A stretch of DNA of 64,000 nt from Nostoc sp. DedSLP01 (GTDB taxonomy: Bacteria > Cyanobacteriota > Cyanobacteriia > Cyanobacteriales > Nostocaceae). A program made the translations under genes and the position numbers. Below the pieces are notes generated by a model. The model had not been told where the DNA came from. It saw only the letters and a program-made list of their open reading frames with translations, and ran no database searches. The stretch covers positions 1 to 64,000 of the forward strand of contig JAVRCJ020000029.1 of the NCBI GenBank assembly GCA_034530875.2. The letters run 5' to 3'. This document shows, piece after piece, positions 18,709-28,338 of this stretch; the first letter of the stretch is position 1; every line of letters begins with the position of its first letter.

Positions 18709-20115
18709 ATGAAATCTCAACAAAGGAGCCGTAGACGTGGTGTAATACTGACGCTACAAGGATTGCAGAAACTCCAAGATGCAAAATCTAAATCAGAACA
18801 TTATGAAAATTTTGATAAACATTATACTCGTGAAGCCTTAGCCTTTCGCATAGGATTAGATCCAGATACAGTGGCAAAGGTATTTGACTCTCAAATAGGA
18901 GTAGATCGGCAAACGCTAAAATACTGTTTTCAAGCATTCAACTTACAACTAGAACCTGATGACTATCAGTTCGCCAAGCCAGATATCAAGCCGCAGCAAG
19001 ACTACACAAAAACTCAAAATCACATTGATTGGGGAGAAGCACCAGATGTATCCCTTTTTTGCGGGCGTCAGCAAGAACTGGCAACCTTAAAGCACTGGAT
19101 TTTAGCTGAGTTTCATGAGCCAGTACCCTGCCGCTTGATTACCCTATTAGGTATGGGTGGGATCGGCAAAACCTGGCTATCTGTGAAGCTGGCTCAACAA
19201 CTCCAGAATCGGTTCGAGTTCGTGATTTGGCGATCGCTACTGCCTAATTCTTCAGCTAGCGATCTCTTAGCAGATCTGATTGCCTTCTTATCCGATGGAA
19301 AAGAAACCGAGCTGCCAGAATCATACAATCAAAAAATTTCACGGCTAATTCATTATTTACAACGTCATCGTTGCTTGCTAGTTTTAGATGGTGCTGACAG
19401 AGTTCTCCAAGAATGTCCCACCTCAGAGATTGCCTGTCGAGACTATACCAGGTTACAGCACCCAAGCATTGGGGAATACTGCGAGTTGTTTAGAAGAGTC
19501 GGAGAAAGTACCCATCAAAGCTGCTTAATTTTGACTAGTCATATTAGATCCCATGAAATCGCCGCCCTTGAAGGAAAGACGCGGCCTGTGCGAGTATTTT
19601 ATCTCCAAGGATTAGAGCTTACAGATATACAAGAACTTTTCCAAACAAAAGGAATTTTTAGAGGAAAGCTAGAGGACTGGAATCAATTAATCGAATCCTA
19701 TGCAGGAAATCCTTATGTTCTCAACCGCATTGCCACAACGATTCAACAATTATTTGATGGCAGCATCAATGAATTTTTAAAACAAAAAGTTACAGTTTTT
19801 AACGGTTTAGACCGAGAATTTGGACGTTTGTCGGATGCAGCGAAAGCAACGATTCAATGTATGGCACTCAATCGTCAACCCATTTCTTTTTCACAGCTAC
19901 GAACTAAGATACCATCTTCTATTTCATCCCCAGAACTCCTAGAAATCTTGGAACTACTGCAAGCGCGATCGTGGATTCATGCCAAATCAGGTCTGTTCTC
20001 TCTGCAAACGATGATTGTTGAATATGTCAAATCTTTTATTGTTGACGAGAAGATCGCCAAATTTCAGCCGAGTGCATTTGTGGATCGAGAAAATCAATGT
20101 CAGGTAGCAAGCTAG
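18709..20115 (+). CDS. HTH-like + NB-ARC (STAND) protein lacking C-terminal repeats
   Basis: RRRGVILT N-terminus, DWGEAPD, GMGGIGKT, LLVLD, GNP. Confidence 0.88.
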   Translation: MKSQQRSRRRGVILTLQGLQKLQDAKSKSEHYENFDKHYTREALAFRIGLDPDTVAKVFDSQIGVDRQTLKYCFQAFNLQLEPDDYQFAKPDIKPQQDYTKTQNHIDWGEAPDVSLFCGRQQELATLKHWILAEFHEPVPCRLITLLGMGGIGKTWLSVKLAQQLQNRFEFVIWRSLLPNSSASDLLADLIAFLSDGKETELPESYNQKISRLIHYLQRHRCLLVLDGADRVLQECPTSEIACRDYTRLQHPSIGEYCELFRRVGESTHQSCLILTSHIRSHEIAALEGKTRPVRVFYLQGLELTDIQELFQTKGIFRGKLEDWNQLIESYAGNPYVLNRIATTIQQLFDGSINEFLKQKVTVFNGLDREFGRLSDAAKATIQCMALNRQPISFSQLRTKIPSSISSPELLEILELLQARSWIHAKSGLFSLQTMIVEYVKSFIVDEKIAKFQPSAFVDRENQCQVAS

Positions 20116-20369
20116 AACTACTAGGGGAACTTTTGTCTCTGATTATGTTTCTTTGATGGCGTAGTCAGCCATAGGAATCGCCAGCTTAAAAATTGTGTTT
20201 CTTAGCCGTTTTGGCAAAATTTTAAGTACTATTACTGATTGACAAATTGTTTATGACCTTAAACTGTTAAGGATGGCTTCCAAATCCTTTGCTCCCGTAT
20301 GCTTACCCTTTTCATTCGGAGGTTACGTGGTTAACAATGGGTTGAATGTTTTTGAAATGATTCAATCTT

Positions 20370-20624
20370 ATGCCTAGAACTCCAACTGAATACGCCGTAT
20401 ACCTCTTACTAGAAAACGGCCACCGAGAAGAAGTACGTTTTCCTACTATTCAAGAGTTTCAGAAGTGGTATAGCGGCGAACTCGTGCCCAAGTCTGCTTC
20501 TAATGACTTTATTAGCGTCCCGATTAAAAATATTCAAGGCGAGTATATGGTAGTAAGACCTTCTCGGATCGTGGCAATCCGGGTAGAACCTCTTTTTAGT
20601 TCCAGTGTTGAAAGATTCAACTAA
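20370..20624 (+). CDS. Small hypothetical protein
   Basis: Clean ORF abutting mltA. Confidence 0.75.
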   Translation: MPRTPTEYAVYLLLENGHREEVRFPTIQEFQKWYSGELVPKSASNDFISVPIKNIQGEYMVVRPSRIVAIRVEPLFSSSVERFN

Positions 20625-21887
20625 ATGATGAGAAAAACCCTTGCTTTGCTTTCCTTAAGTCTGGGAATTGCCTTTGTAAATCCTTTGTTGTCCGTTGTTG
20701 CTCAGGTTCCTAATATACTTCCCTTTCCAGCACCAACTACTCCCGAACTCCCGCCTCTGCCAGCGCCAAACACTCCAGAGGTAACGCCGCCGCTAAAACT
20801 AGTCGCGATCGCAAGCGATTGTACGCTGCGGCAGAGTTGCTTGGGTTGGGACGATCGAATTTGGGGTCAAAGGGGTAAAACAGGCGATCGCCAAGCGCTA
20901 TTGGCTTCCATTGACAACAGTTTGCGTTACTTAGCAAAGGATGAGGCGATCGCAGCATATCAAAATTATCCCATCCCGGAAATCACGCTGGATCGCGTCC
21001 GCCGGAGTTTATTACGTTTTCGCCAATTGATTGTCAGTTCTAAATCTCCAGCGCAATTACAAGCTGCTGTCCGACGGGAGTTTGATTTTTACCAGTCCGT
21101 AGGTAACGATGGCAAGGGTACTGTTAAATTTACTGCTTACTACGAACCTGTTTACACCGCTAGCCGCGTCAGGACTGCAACATATAAATATCCGCTTTAT
21201 CGGCTACCGCCTGATTTCAGCCAATGGCCAAAACCTCACCCAAAACGAATTGATTTGGAAGGAAAAGATGGCTTATTAGGGAATAAAAGCCAATTGCGCG
21301 GTTTAGAAATACTTTGGTTCCGCGATCGCCTGGATGCATATATGATACATATCCAAGGTTCTGCCCAAATTAAATTAACTAATGGCAAAATAACCTCCGT
21401 AGGCTATGCAGGTGGAACCGATTACCCTTGGACTAGTATCGGCAAAGAACTAGCCAAAGATGGCAAACTTCCCCTAGAAGGATTGACAATGCCACGTCTG
21501 ATTGCTTACTTCCGGCAAAAACCCCAGGAATTAAGCAATTATCTACCGCGTTGGGAAAGGTTTATTTTCTTCCAAGAAACAGGGGGTAGACCGGCAACCG
21601 GCAGTATTCACGTCCCAGTCACACCAGAACGTTCCATTGCCACAGATAAGTCTCTCATGCCTCCGGGAGCGCTAGCGCTAATTTATAACTCATTTCCCTA
21701 TCCCGCCGCTGGTGGCAAACTCCAAAATCGTACCGTCAGCCGCTTTGTGCTTGACCAAGATACAGGAAGCGCCATCAAAGGCCCGGGACGAGTAGATTAT
21801 TTTATGGGATCTGGAAAATTAGCAGGCGATCGCGCTGGCATCACAGGCGGTAATGGTTCTCTATATTATCTATTGCTCAAGGAATAG
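20625..21887 (+). CDS. mltA: Lytic murein transglycosylase A
   Basis: FTAYYEP, IQGS, DQDTGSAIKGPGRVDYFMG (3D domain). Confidence 0.93.
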   Translation: MMRKTLALLSLSLGIAFVNPLLSVVAQVPNILPFPAPTTPELPPLPAPNTPEVTPPLKLVAIASDCTLRQSCLGWDDRIWGQRGKTGDRQALLASIDNSLRYLAKDEAIAAYQNYPIPEITLDRVRRSLLRFRQLIVSSKSPAQLQAAVRREFDFYQSVGNDGKGTVKFTAYYEPVYTASRVRTATYKYPLYRLPPDFSQWPKPHPKRIDLEGKDGLLGNKSQLRGLEILWFRDRLDAYMIHIQGSAQIKLTNGKITSVGYAGGTDYPWTSIGKELAKDGKLPLEGLTMPRLIAYFRQKPQELSNYLPRWERFIFFQETGGRPATGSIHVPVTPERSIATDKSLMPPGALALIYNSFPYPAAGGKLQNRTVSRFVLDQDTGSAIKGPGRVDYFMGSGKLAGDRAGITGGNGSLYYLLLKE

Positions 21888-21891
21888 GTAT

Positions 21892-21957
21892 CGGGGACTG
21901 GGGACTAGGGACTAGGGAAGAGTTTTCCCAGTACCCAATCCCCAATCCCCAATCCCT
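21892..21957. repeat. STRR hairpin (GGGACTR / CCCAATC) between convergent genes, probable terminator
   Basis: 7-bp tandem units forming an inverted pair. Confidence 0.75.
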
Positions 21958-21959
21958 AC

Positions 21960-22826
21960 TTAATACGGCGGATAAGCAAAATCATCTTCATCAGCATATA
22001 CATAAGAACTAGAAACTCCTGCCATCGCCATTTTTGGTGTTTCTGATTTTAGAGGTTCCTTGCCAAATTCTTTGTATTCTTCAAAAGCCTTGCAGATAAT
22101 TGCAGATTCCGCAGAATCGGAAGCAATTAAATATTGTGTTAAAGTCCCTACCGTGGGATGTTTGTAGTCTACAGTTGAAGCTACCAAAACTGTATTTGGT
22201 TCGATGCCTCTTTCTTCACACTCAATTATCGGGGAAAAAATCCCGTGAGCGTGGAACAAGGGGCCTTTTGGTGTCAATGGTTGTTTGCGATAAATAGCAT
22301 AAGCCTTTTCTAATTCAGCAACGAAACCACCAACTACTCTTCCTTGTTGAAATTCGCAGTAAGTTTTGCTAAAACTGGCTCCAGCAGCGCCATTAAGTGT
22401 TAATTGTAGTGGTGATTGATGTAAAAACTTTTTATTTTCTCCCACTATAAAAATTAGATAGCGAGTAAAGGTTTTAAATTTCAGTTTGTCTGCTAAAAAA
22501 GCATCATAATTATCTTTGAGCGTACCCAGTTTGAGGCCAGTTTCCCGGTCTTTGACAGATAACGGCCCCCGACGGACTATAACCAAACGTGGAGTAGTGC
22601 TAATAAACACCGTTTCCACTCCAGAGCTAAATTCATGCTCTACCTGCTGCCAATTTTCATCTGGCACAAAACCGACAGCATTAGCATTATCCAACTTAAT
22701 TGCCAAACCGTAAGATTGTATATCTGTGCCATACCGAGGATTAATCATCTGACACCAGGGGATGACTTGAGAAGGCGGTGCATTAAATTTCTCGTCTTCA
22801 AAGTCGAAATTAGCAGATGCTTTCAT
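21960..22826 (-). CDS. DUF5895-like cyanobacterial protein
   Basis: PWCQMINP, PLQLTLNGAAGASF. Confidence 0.75.
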   Translation of the reverse strand: MKASANFDFEDEKFNAPPSQVIPWCQMINPRYGTDIQSYGLAIKLDNANAVGFVPDENWQQVEHEFSSGVETVFISTTPRLVIVRRGPLSVKDRETGLKLGTLKDNYDAFLADKLKFKTFTRYLIFIVGENKKFLHQSPLQLTLNGAAGASFSKTYCEFQQGRVVGGFVAELEKAYAIYRKQPLTPKGPLFHAHGIFSPIIECEERGIEPNTVLVASTVDYKHPTVGTLTQYLIASDSAESAIICKAFEEYKEFGKEPLKSETPKMAMAGVSSSYVYADEDDFAYPPY

Positions 22827-23104
22827 CGTTTTAGGCTATCAAAGTGTTTTCTTGAATTTTATCGGCTGTGAGTCGATATTGGGCAGTCAGTTATATAGTC
22901 CAAAATTTGGAAACAACTGTGTTGCGGTGATTCGATGGCTATGGAGGTATTTTTCACCCCAGAAGACTGCCGAAAGTCCCGTTCAACTGCCATAGTAGTT
23001 TTTCCAGAGTAAGGCAGAATCAATCGATGTTGCAATTGTTGTTTCCTTTTTTAATTATTCCTTATACCCCAATACGCTTGGTTTTGTGGAATTTATCTGT
23101 TCAG

Positions 23105-23166
23105 GCAGGCAGGGGAGGCAGAGGGAGCAGAGGGGACAGAGGGAGCAGGGGAGGCAGGGGGCAGAA
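23105..23166. repeat. GCAGRGGA-type short tandem repeat
   Basis: Repeated GCAGGGGAG / GCAGAGGGA. Confidence 0.75.
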
Positions 23167-23245
23167 ATTTTATAATTTGGGAAATTATCCCTGATTGGAC
23201 AACTCTCAATTCAATGAAAGTTACGGTAAAATACGCAGACTCGTA

Positions 23246-23965
23246 TCAAGGCTGTTTTGGCGAACTCAAAGCAGCGAGGGTCTTTAAATCAGGGACTTCT
23301 AGATCGGGTTGACTGAGTGCTGATACAGTCGCACCAACTCCCAGTTTACCTGCTCGACGGTTCACCCAAACTGTTGATAGCCCTAGAGATTTGGCAGCAA
23401 TGATATCGTGATAAACGCTGACTGCAACATGTAATATATTTTCTAGTGGGAGATTAATTCTCTCAATGGCAAGTCTAAAGTTGTTTGCAGAGGGTTTATA
23501 GCTTTTTGCCTGTTCTGCTGTGATGATTTCATCGAATTCCACTTGCAAGTGCTTGGCCGAGAAAGCAAAGAGATCGTCATCTACGTTTGATATAATCACC
23601 AACTTAAACTTTTGCTTGAGGGTTGTGAGTGCTTCAACTGTATCGGGAAAAGGTAGCCAATACTGAATCGAATCACCAAGTGAATTGATTTCCTCGGCAG
23701 TTGGCTCAAAGCCAATTCGCTCGCCAAATTTCTGAACTACTCTCCTCAAAACTTCTCGATATTTAATATATTCTCCTTGCTCGAGTTCTGCTTCAAATTC
23801 TGCAAAAAGTTCGAGAATTCGATCGTCATCTAAGTCGCTGTTGTGTGCCGCTAGCAGTGGCTTGAGTGTCCCTAAGATGCCGTTTTCCCAATCGATTAGG
23901 GTTCCATAACAATCGAAGGTTAAAGCTTTGTACTTATTGAAGTCAATCACATTTTTATACTCCAC
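23246..23965 (-). CDS. HAD hydrolase, type II haloacid dehalogenase-like
   Basis: FDCYGTLIDWE, SNVD, YKP, HD. Confidence 0.92.
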   Translation of the reverse strand: MEYKNVIDFNKYKALTFDCYGTLIDWENGILGTLKPLLAAHNSDLDDDRILELFAEFEAELEQGEYIKYREVLRRVVQKFGERIGFEPTAEEINSLGDSIQYWLPFPDTVEALTTLKQKFKLVIISNVDDDLFAFSAKHLQVEFDEIITAEQAKSYKPSANNFRLAIERINLPLENILHVAVSVYHDIIAAKSLGLSTVWVNRRAGKLGVGATVSALSQPDLEVPDLKTLAALSSPKQP

Positions 23966-24292
23966 AGATTGATAAATTCTATTCAGTTTTCACGAGCACA
24001 AAAACGGGCGAACTATTAGCGATCGCTATACTTAGCTTTCTTCATGTTGGCGAATATTTCTTTTATATCAAAGCAGAGTTTCAGTAAGTAGACAAGAAAA
24101 AATAAACTGCCTGAAGATAGATAAATAGCTAAATTGGCACAATAAAACTTAAGTATGTAAAGAAAAATTAAGTAAGCTAAAAACCTTTTAATTAGCAGCT
24201 TTTACCTGGTTAGTACAATAAATTTTTAGTTTGGTATAAACGTGTCAGATAATGTAATAATACTTAGGAGATTTTTTCTAAAGATAGTTTGT

Positions 24293-26056
24293 ATGGATGC
24301 GAAGTTTGAGGATATAAAAGTCAATGCCAGTAAAAAATTAAACTCAACTCAACAGCAATCTCATAGCAAACTATTTAGACCTTTTTCGGTAGCAGAGGCA
24401 GTGGTTAAAATCCTGGAAGAGATGGGAGTGCAATATGCCTTTGGTGTTTCTGGAGGTGCGATCGCCCCAGTATGGGCTGCACTAACCCAAAGTTCGATTC
24501 AGGTGTTGCACTTTCGCCATGAAGCCGGAGCAGCTTTTGCAGCCATTGAGGCGTATTTTGCTAGCGATCGCCCGGTTGTAGTGTTCGCTAGTACAGGGCC
24601 GGGGATTGCCAACGCGTTGACAGGGTTTTTAGCTGCTCGCTGGGAGGATGCTAAGGTGATTCTGGTGTCAGCTTCGACGTCGGCACCACAGCGAGGACGT
24701 TGGGCTTGCCAAGAAACTAGCATATACACTATGCCTAACGCAGGTATTTTTACTCCGGGGCCGGTATTTCATTATGCGACGACCCTCGAACGCAGTGATG
24801 AACTGCCAGAGGTTGCTCGCAGGCTTGCCCTTGGGTTAGGACAACCAGGAGGATTTGTAGCTCATATCAGCATTCCAACCAATATCCAGACAAGTTCGCT
24901 CCAGATATCATTGCCACGAGTAACTCTGTCTGGTGGTGTGGCAACAGCAACTGATGAAACAATTGCCGAATGTGTCAAGTTACTATCTGAGGGTCGGTTT
25001 GCCATTTGGGTCGGTTTTGGGGCGCGGGCTGCGGCCAAAGAGATTTGCCAGCTTGCTGAAACAACAGGGGCTGCTGTAATGTGTTCGCCACGCGCCAAAG
25101 GTATTTTTCCTGAGGATCATCCTCAGTTTGTAGGCGTCACAGGCTTTGGCGGGCATGACTCGGTTTTCAGGTATATGCAGGAGTACCGTCCTCTACGTAC
25201 CTTAGTTCTGGGAACGCGCTTAGGGGAACGCACATCACTCCTGTTGCCGATGATGGTACCCCTGCGGGGCTTTTTGCATGTTGACATCGACCCAGAGATA
25301 CCAGGAACTGCATATCCATCTGCTGAAACCTTTGCCATTTCCTCTGACATTAGGGTGTTTGTGAAGGCTCTGTTGAAAAACTTTTCGCAGCATCCTACTC
25401 AATTAGCAAAACCGATACTGCCTAGACCCGAACGCAGTACGATCGATCCACGTGCATACGGAAAAGTGCGTCCCCCAGTACTTATGGATGCTATTCAAAG
25501 ACTTATTGTTGACGGAAGTGATGTCTTAGTGATGGCCGAATCAAGCAGTTCGTCTGCTTGGGGAAATCATATACTGCGCTTTGCCAAGCCACATCGTTAC
25601 CGAAACTGTAGCGGTTTCGCCTCTATGGGGCATATTACCACTGGTGTTGTCGGTGCGGCACTAGCTCGTCGTGGCAAGGCTGTCGCCATCGTTGGTGACG
25701 GCGCTATGCTAATGAATAATGAGGTCAGCACAGCTGTAAAATATCAGATTCCAGCTGTGTGGATAGTACTTAATGACGGACACTACAACATGTGCGATCG
25801 CGGAATGGCAATGTTGGGCTTTGAGGGTGTGGATGCAGAGATTCCCGAGACCGATTTTGTCAAGATTGCTTGCGGGATGGGAGCCGATGGTATCCGTGTC
25901 GAAAGAGAGTCTGAGATCGAGGCGGCTGTTGAGAAAGCAATGGCAGCAAAGGGCCCGTTTGTAATTGATGCGATCGTCGATCCTACTGAACCTGCACCAA
26001 TTGAAAGTCGGATTCTAAATTTAATAGCCCAGAACGAAAGTAATTATTGCTATTAA
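24293..26056 (+). CDS. ThDP-dependent acyloin synthase-like enzyme (ScyA/CybE-related)
   Basis: FGVSGGAI, RHEAGAAF, GPG, GDGAMLMNNE...LND; start could be the GTG at 24242. Confidence 0.88.
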   Translation: MDAKFEDIKVNASKKLNSTQQQSHSKLFRPFSVAEAVVKILEEMGVQYAFGVSGGAIAPVWAALTQSSIQVLHFRHEAGAAFAAIEAYFASDRPVVVFASTGPGIANALTGFLAARWEDAKVILVSASTSAPQRGRWACQETSIYTMPNAGIFTPGPVFHYATTLERSDELPEVARRLALGLGQPGGFVAHISIPTNIQTSSLQISLPRVTLSGGVATATDETIAECVKLLSEGRFAIWVGFGARAAAKEICQLAETTGAAVMCSPRAKGIFPEDHPQFVGVTGFGGHDSVFRYMQEYRPLRTLVLGTRLGERTSLLLPMMVPLRGFLHVDIDPEIPGTAYPSAETFAISSDIRVFVKALLKNFSQHPTQLAKPILPRPERSTIDPRAYGKVRPPVLMDAIQRLIVDGSDVLVMAESSSSSAWGNHILRFAKPHRYRNCSGFASMGHITTGVVGAALARRGKAVAIVGDGAMLMNNEVSTAVKYQIPAVWIVLNDGHYNMCDRGMAMLGFEGVDAEIPETDFVKIACGMGADGIRVERESEIEAAVEKAMAAKGPFVIDAIVDPTEPAPIESRILNLIAQNESNYCY

Positions 26057-26084
26057 CTTACTTGAGAGTGAAAATAAATTCTTT

Positions 26085-27254
26085 ATGGCACAATACCCAG
26101 TAGGCATTCGTTCGCTTGCATTGACACTACCCAGCATTAAACGCACCAACGATTACTATAAAGACAAATATCCAGAATTAGTAGAACAGGCAGAGCAAAA
26201 AAGCTTGGCAAGGTTGTTTTCGCTGGCTGGCTCCACTCCCATCAACGAGTTTGATTTAGAGATGATACCCTATCTATCAGATCCCTTTCGGGGTACTGTT
26301 GAGCGATATGTACTTGGAGCAGGCGAGACATCATTGACGCTAGAACTGCAAGCAGCAAAAAATGCCCTTGAAGCTGCTAAGCTTTCACCTGATGACATCG
26401 ATCTGATGCTAGTCGGTTCAATTTGGCCCGAACAAATCGGTTTTGGCAATGCAGCTTTACTTGCCGGACAGCTTGGCTTGAAAGGTGCGGCTTGGAATAT
26501 TGATGGAGCGTGCGGAGTTACACCAGTTACACTGCAAACTGCCTGTGCCCTAGTAAGAGCAGGAGAATACCGTAATGTATTAGTAGTCATCTCATGTACG
26601 TACTCTCGCTTTTTTGATGAGGACGATACTGTTTCCTGGTGTATGGGCGATGCTGCGGGAGCTTTTGTTATCGGTTCTTTGGAAGTAGATCAGGGCGTAC
26701 TTGGCACAAAGACAATTCACACATCTGTATTATGCGACACTCTCATACCTCAACTGACTCAAGACAAGCATGGTAACCCGCAGATTCGGATGAAAGTAGC
26801 CAAGAGCGCAAACCGATTATTTCGTGAAATGTCTGTCGATCTTCTGCGTACTTGTTGTGAGGGTGCTGTTGCTGCTGCTGGCGTAACTTTTGAGGAAGTA
26901 GACTTCTTCCTTTTCAATACAGCCACAGCCTGGTTCGCAAAGTTCTGCACGCGTGCGTTAGGCATTAACCAAGAGCGTACCATCAATCTCTATCCACAAT
27001 ATGCAAACATTGGACCAGCACTCACTGTAGCCAATATGTACTATGCAGCAAGGCTAGGAAAAATTCGCGAAAACGATTTGGTTTTGATCTACGGATTCGG
27101 TGTAACTGGTGTTGCCTCTGCAAGTGTGATGCGCTGGGGGAAAGTAGCCTTAAGTCCTGCTCCTTCAAATATTATTGAATCTGATTTGGCACTGACAAGT
27201 TCTAAATTCCCAAGCACAGCTACCTCTGCCCCCTCTGCCTGCCTGAACAAATAA
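26085..27254 (+). CDS. KAS III-like condensing enzyme (CybF furanolide synthase-like)
   Basis: Catalytic GACG, GDAAGA, YANIG; FNT where FabH has H-Q. Confidence 0.82.
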   Translation: MAQYPVGIRSLALTLPSIKRTNDYYKDKYPELVEQAEQKSLARLFSLAGSTPINEFDLEMIPYLSDPFRGTVERYVLGAGETSLTLELQAAKNALEAAKLSPDDIDLMLVGSIWPEQIGFGNAALLAGQLGLKGAAWNIDGACGVTPVTLQTACALVRAGEYRNVLVVISCTYSRFFDEDDTVSWCMGDAAGAFVIGSLEVDQGVLGTKTIHTSVLCDTLIPQLTQDKHGNPQIRMKVAKSANRLFREMSVDLLRTCCEGAVAAAGVTFEEVDFFLFNTATAWFAKFCTRALGINQERTINLYPQYANIGPALTVANMYYAARLGKIRENDLVLIYGFGVTGVASASVMRWGKVALSPAPSNIIESDLALTSSKFPSTATSAPSACLNK

Positions 27255-27355
27255 ATTCTTTAATCCAAGCGTATTGGCTTATGCCTGTTTTTAAAGTTCT
27301 CAATGGGTAATGTCGAGAGTAGTGAAATAGTAATGTGAATCTGGGGATTAGAGTT

Positions 27356-28048
27356 ATGGCGATCGAGTTTCAGAACATCCTGATCTGGGGACGTTCTACA
27401 GAGGAATATACTAGAATGTTTGGTCTGACTTTTGAAGATATCAAACTGAAAATTCTTGACTGTGCAGGCGGCCCCGCAAGCTTTAATGTTGAGATGACTC
27501 GTAGAGGAGGCAACGTTGTATCTTGCGATCCCATATACAAATTGGATAAAAGCGAGATTGCTCAACGCATCCAACAAGCTAATGGTGAAGTTATAAATGC
27601 GTTACAAGGAAATCCAGATAATTTTGTTTGGCAGGATATTCAATCGCCAAACCAGTTACTAAAGATGAGAAAATCCGCTATGCAGAAATTCCTTGAAGAC
27701 TTTCCCTTAGGAATTCAGGAGAAACGTTATATTACAGGTGAGCTACCTACTTTACCATTTGGCGATCGCCAATTTGATTTAGCCTTGTGTTCTCATTTTT
27801 TATTCATGTATTCTCAACACCTATCTCAAGAGTTTCATCTCGCTTCTATTGTAGAAATGTGTAGAGTTGCTATAGAGACACGCATTTTTCCACTGCTAGA
27901 TACCTCTGGAAAGCCATCTCCATTTTTGCTGCCAGTTATCAACCAACTGAGCGAGCAGGGATATGAAGTAGAAATTAGACAAGCATCCTATGAATTTCAG
28001 AAGAATGGAGACAACTTTTTGCGTGTATTGAGAACCTCGTTGAATTAG
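27356..28048 (+). CDS. SAM-dependent methyltransferase-like protein
   Basis: ILDCAGGPASF, LPF...FDLALCSHFLF. Confidence 0.85.
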   Translation: MAIEFQNILIWGRSTEEYTRMFGLTFEDIKLKILDCAGGPASFNVEMTRRGGNVVSCDPIYKLDKSEIAQRIQQANGEVINALQGNPDNFVWQDIQSPNQLLKMRKSAMQKFLEDFPLGIQEKRYITGELPTLPFGDRQFDLALCSHFLFMYSQHLSQEFHLASIVEMCRVAIETRIFPLLDTSGKPSPFLLPVINQLSEQGYEVEIRQASYEFQKNGDNFLRVLRTSLN

Positions 28049-28338
28049 TTTAGTTTTGAGCGAAAGAATATATTGCTCATCCATCCTTAAAATCAGTAGA
28101 GGAACTGAGAAATTATTAAATAGATTATTAAATAAAAAAGTTAATAATTAAGTCGAAGAGGAAAATTAAAAATAAGGGTAATACTGTTATTGAAAGTTAT
28201 AGCCATAGTCAGATATATTAGGAGATTTTAAAAGCTTGAATGCCAGGAATAGTAATACTTTTACCTCCTGCCTCCTGCTATAAATGCGTGGTAGGCGATG
28301 GTAATTTAAACTTATTTTCGTTTAAAACAAAATAGAAA

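Noticed and set aside
24242..27254. Scytonemin cluster, or housekeeping ilvB/fabH
   Set aside because: No scyB/scyC or ilvN nearby; the KAS III triad is altered.
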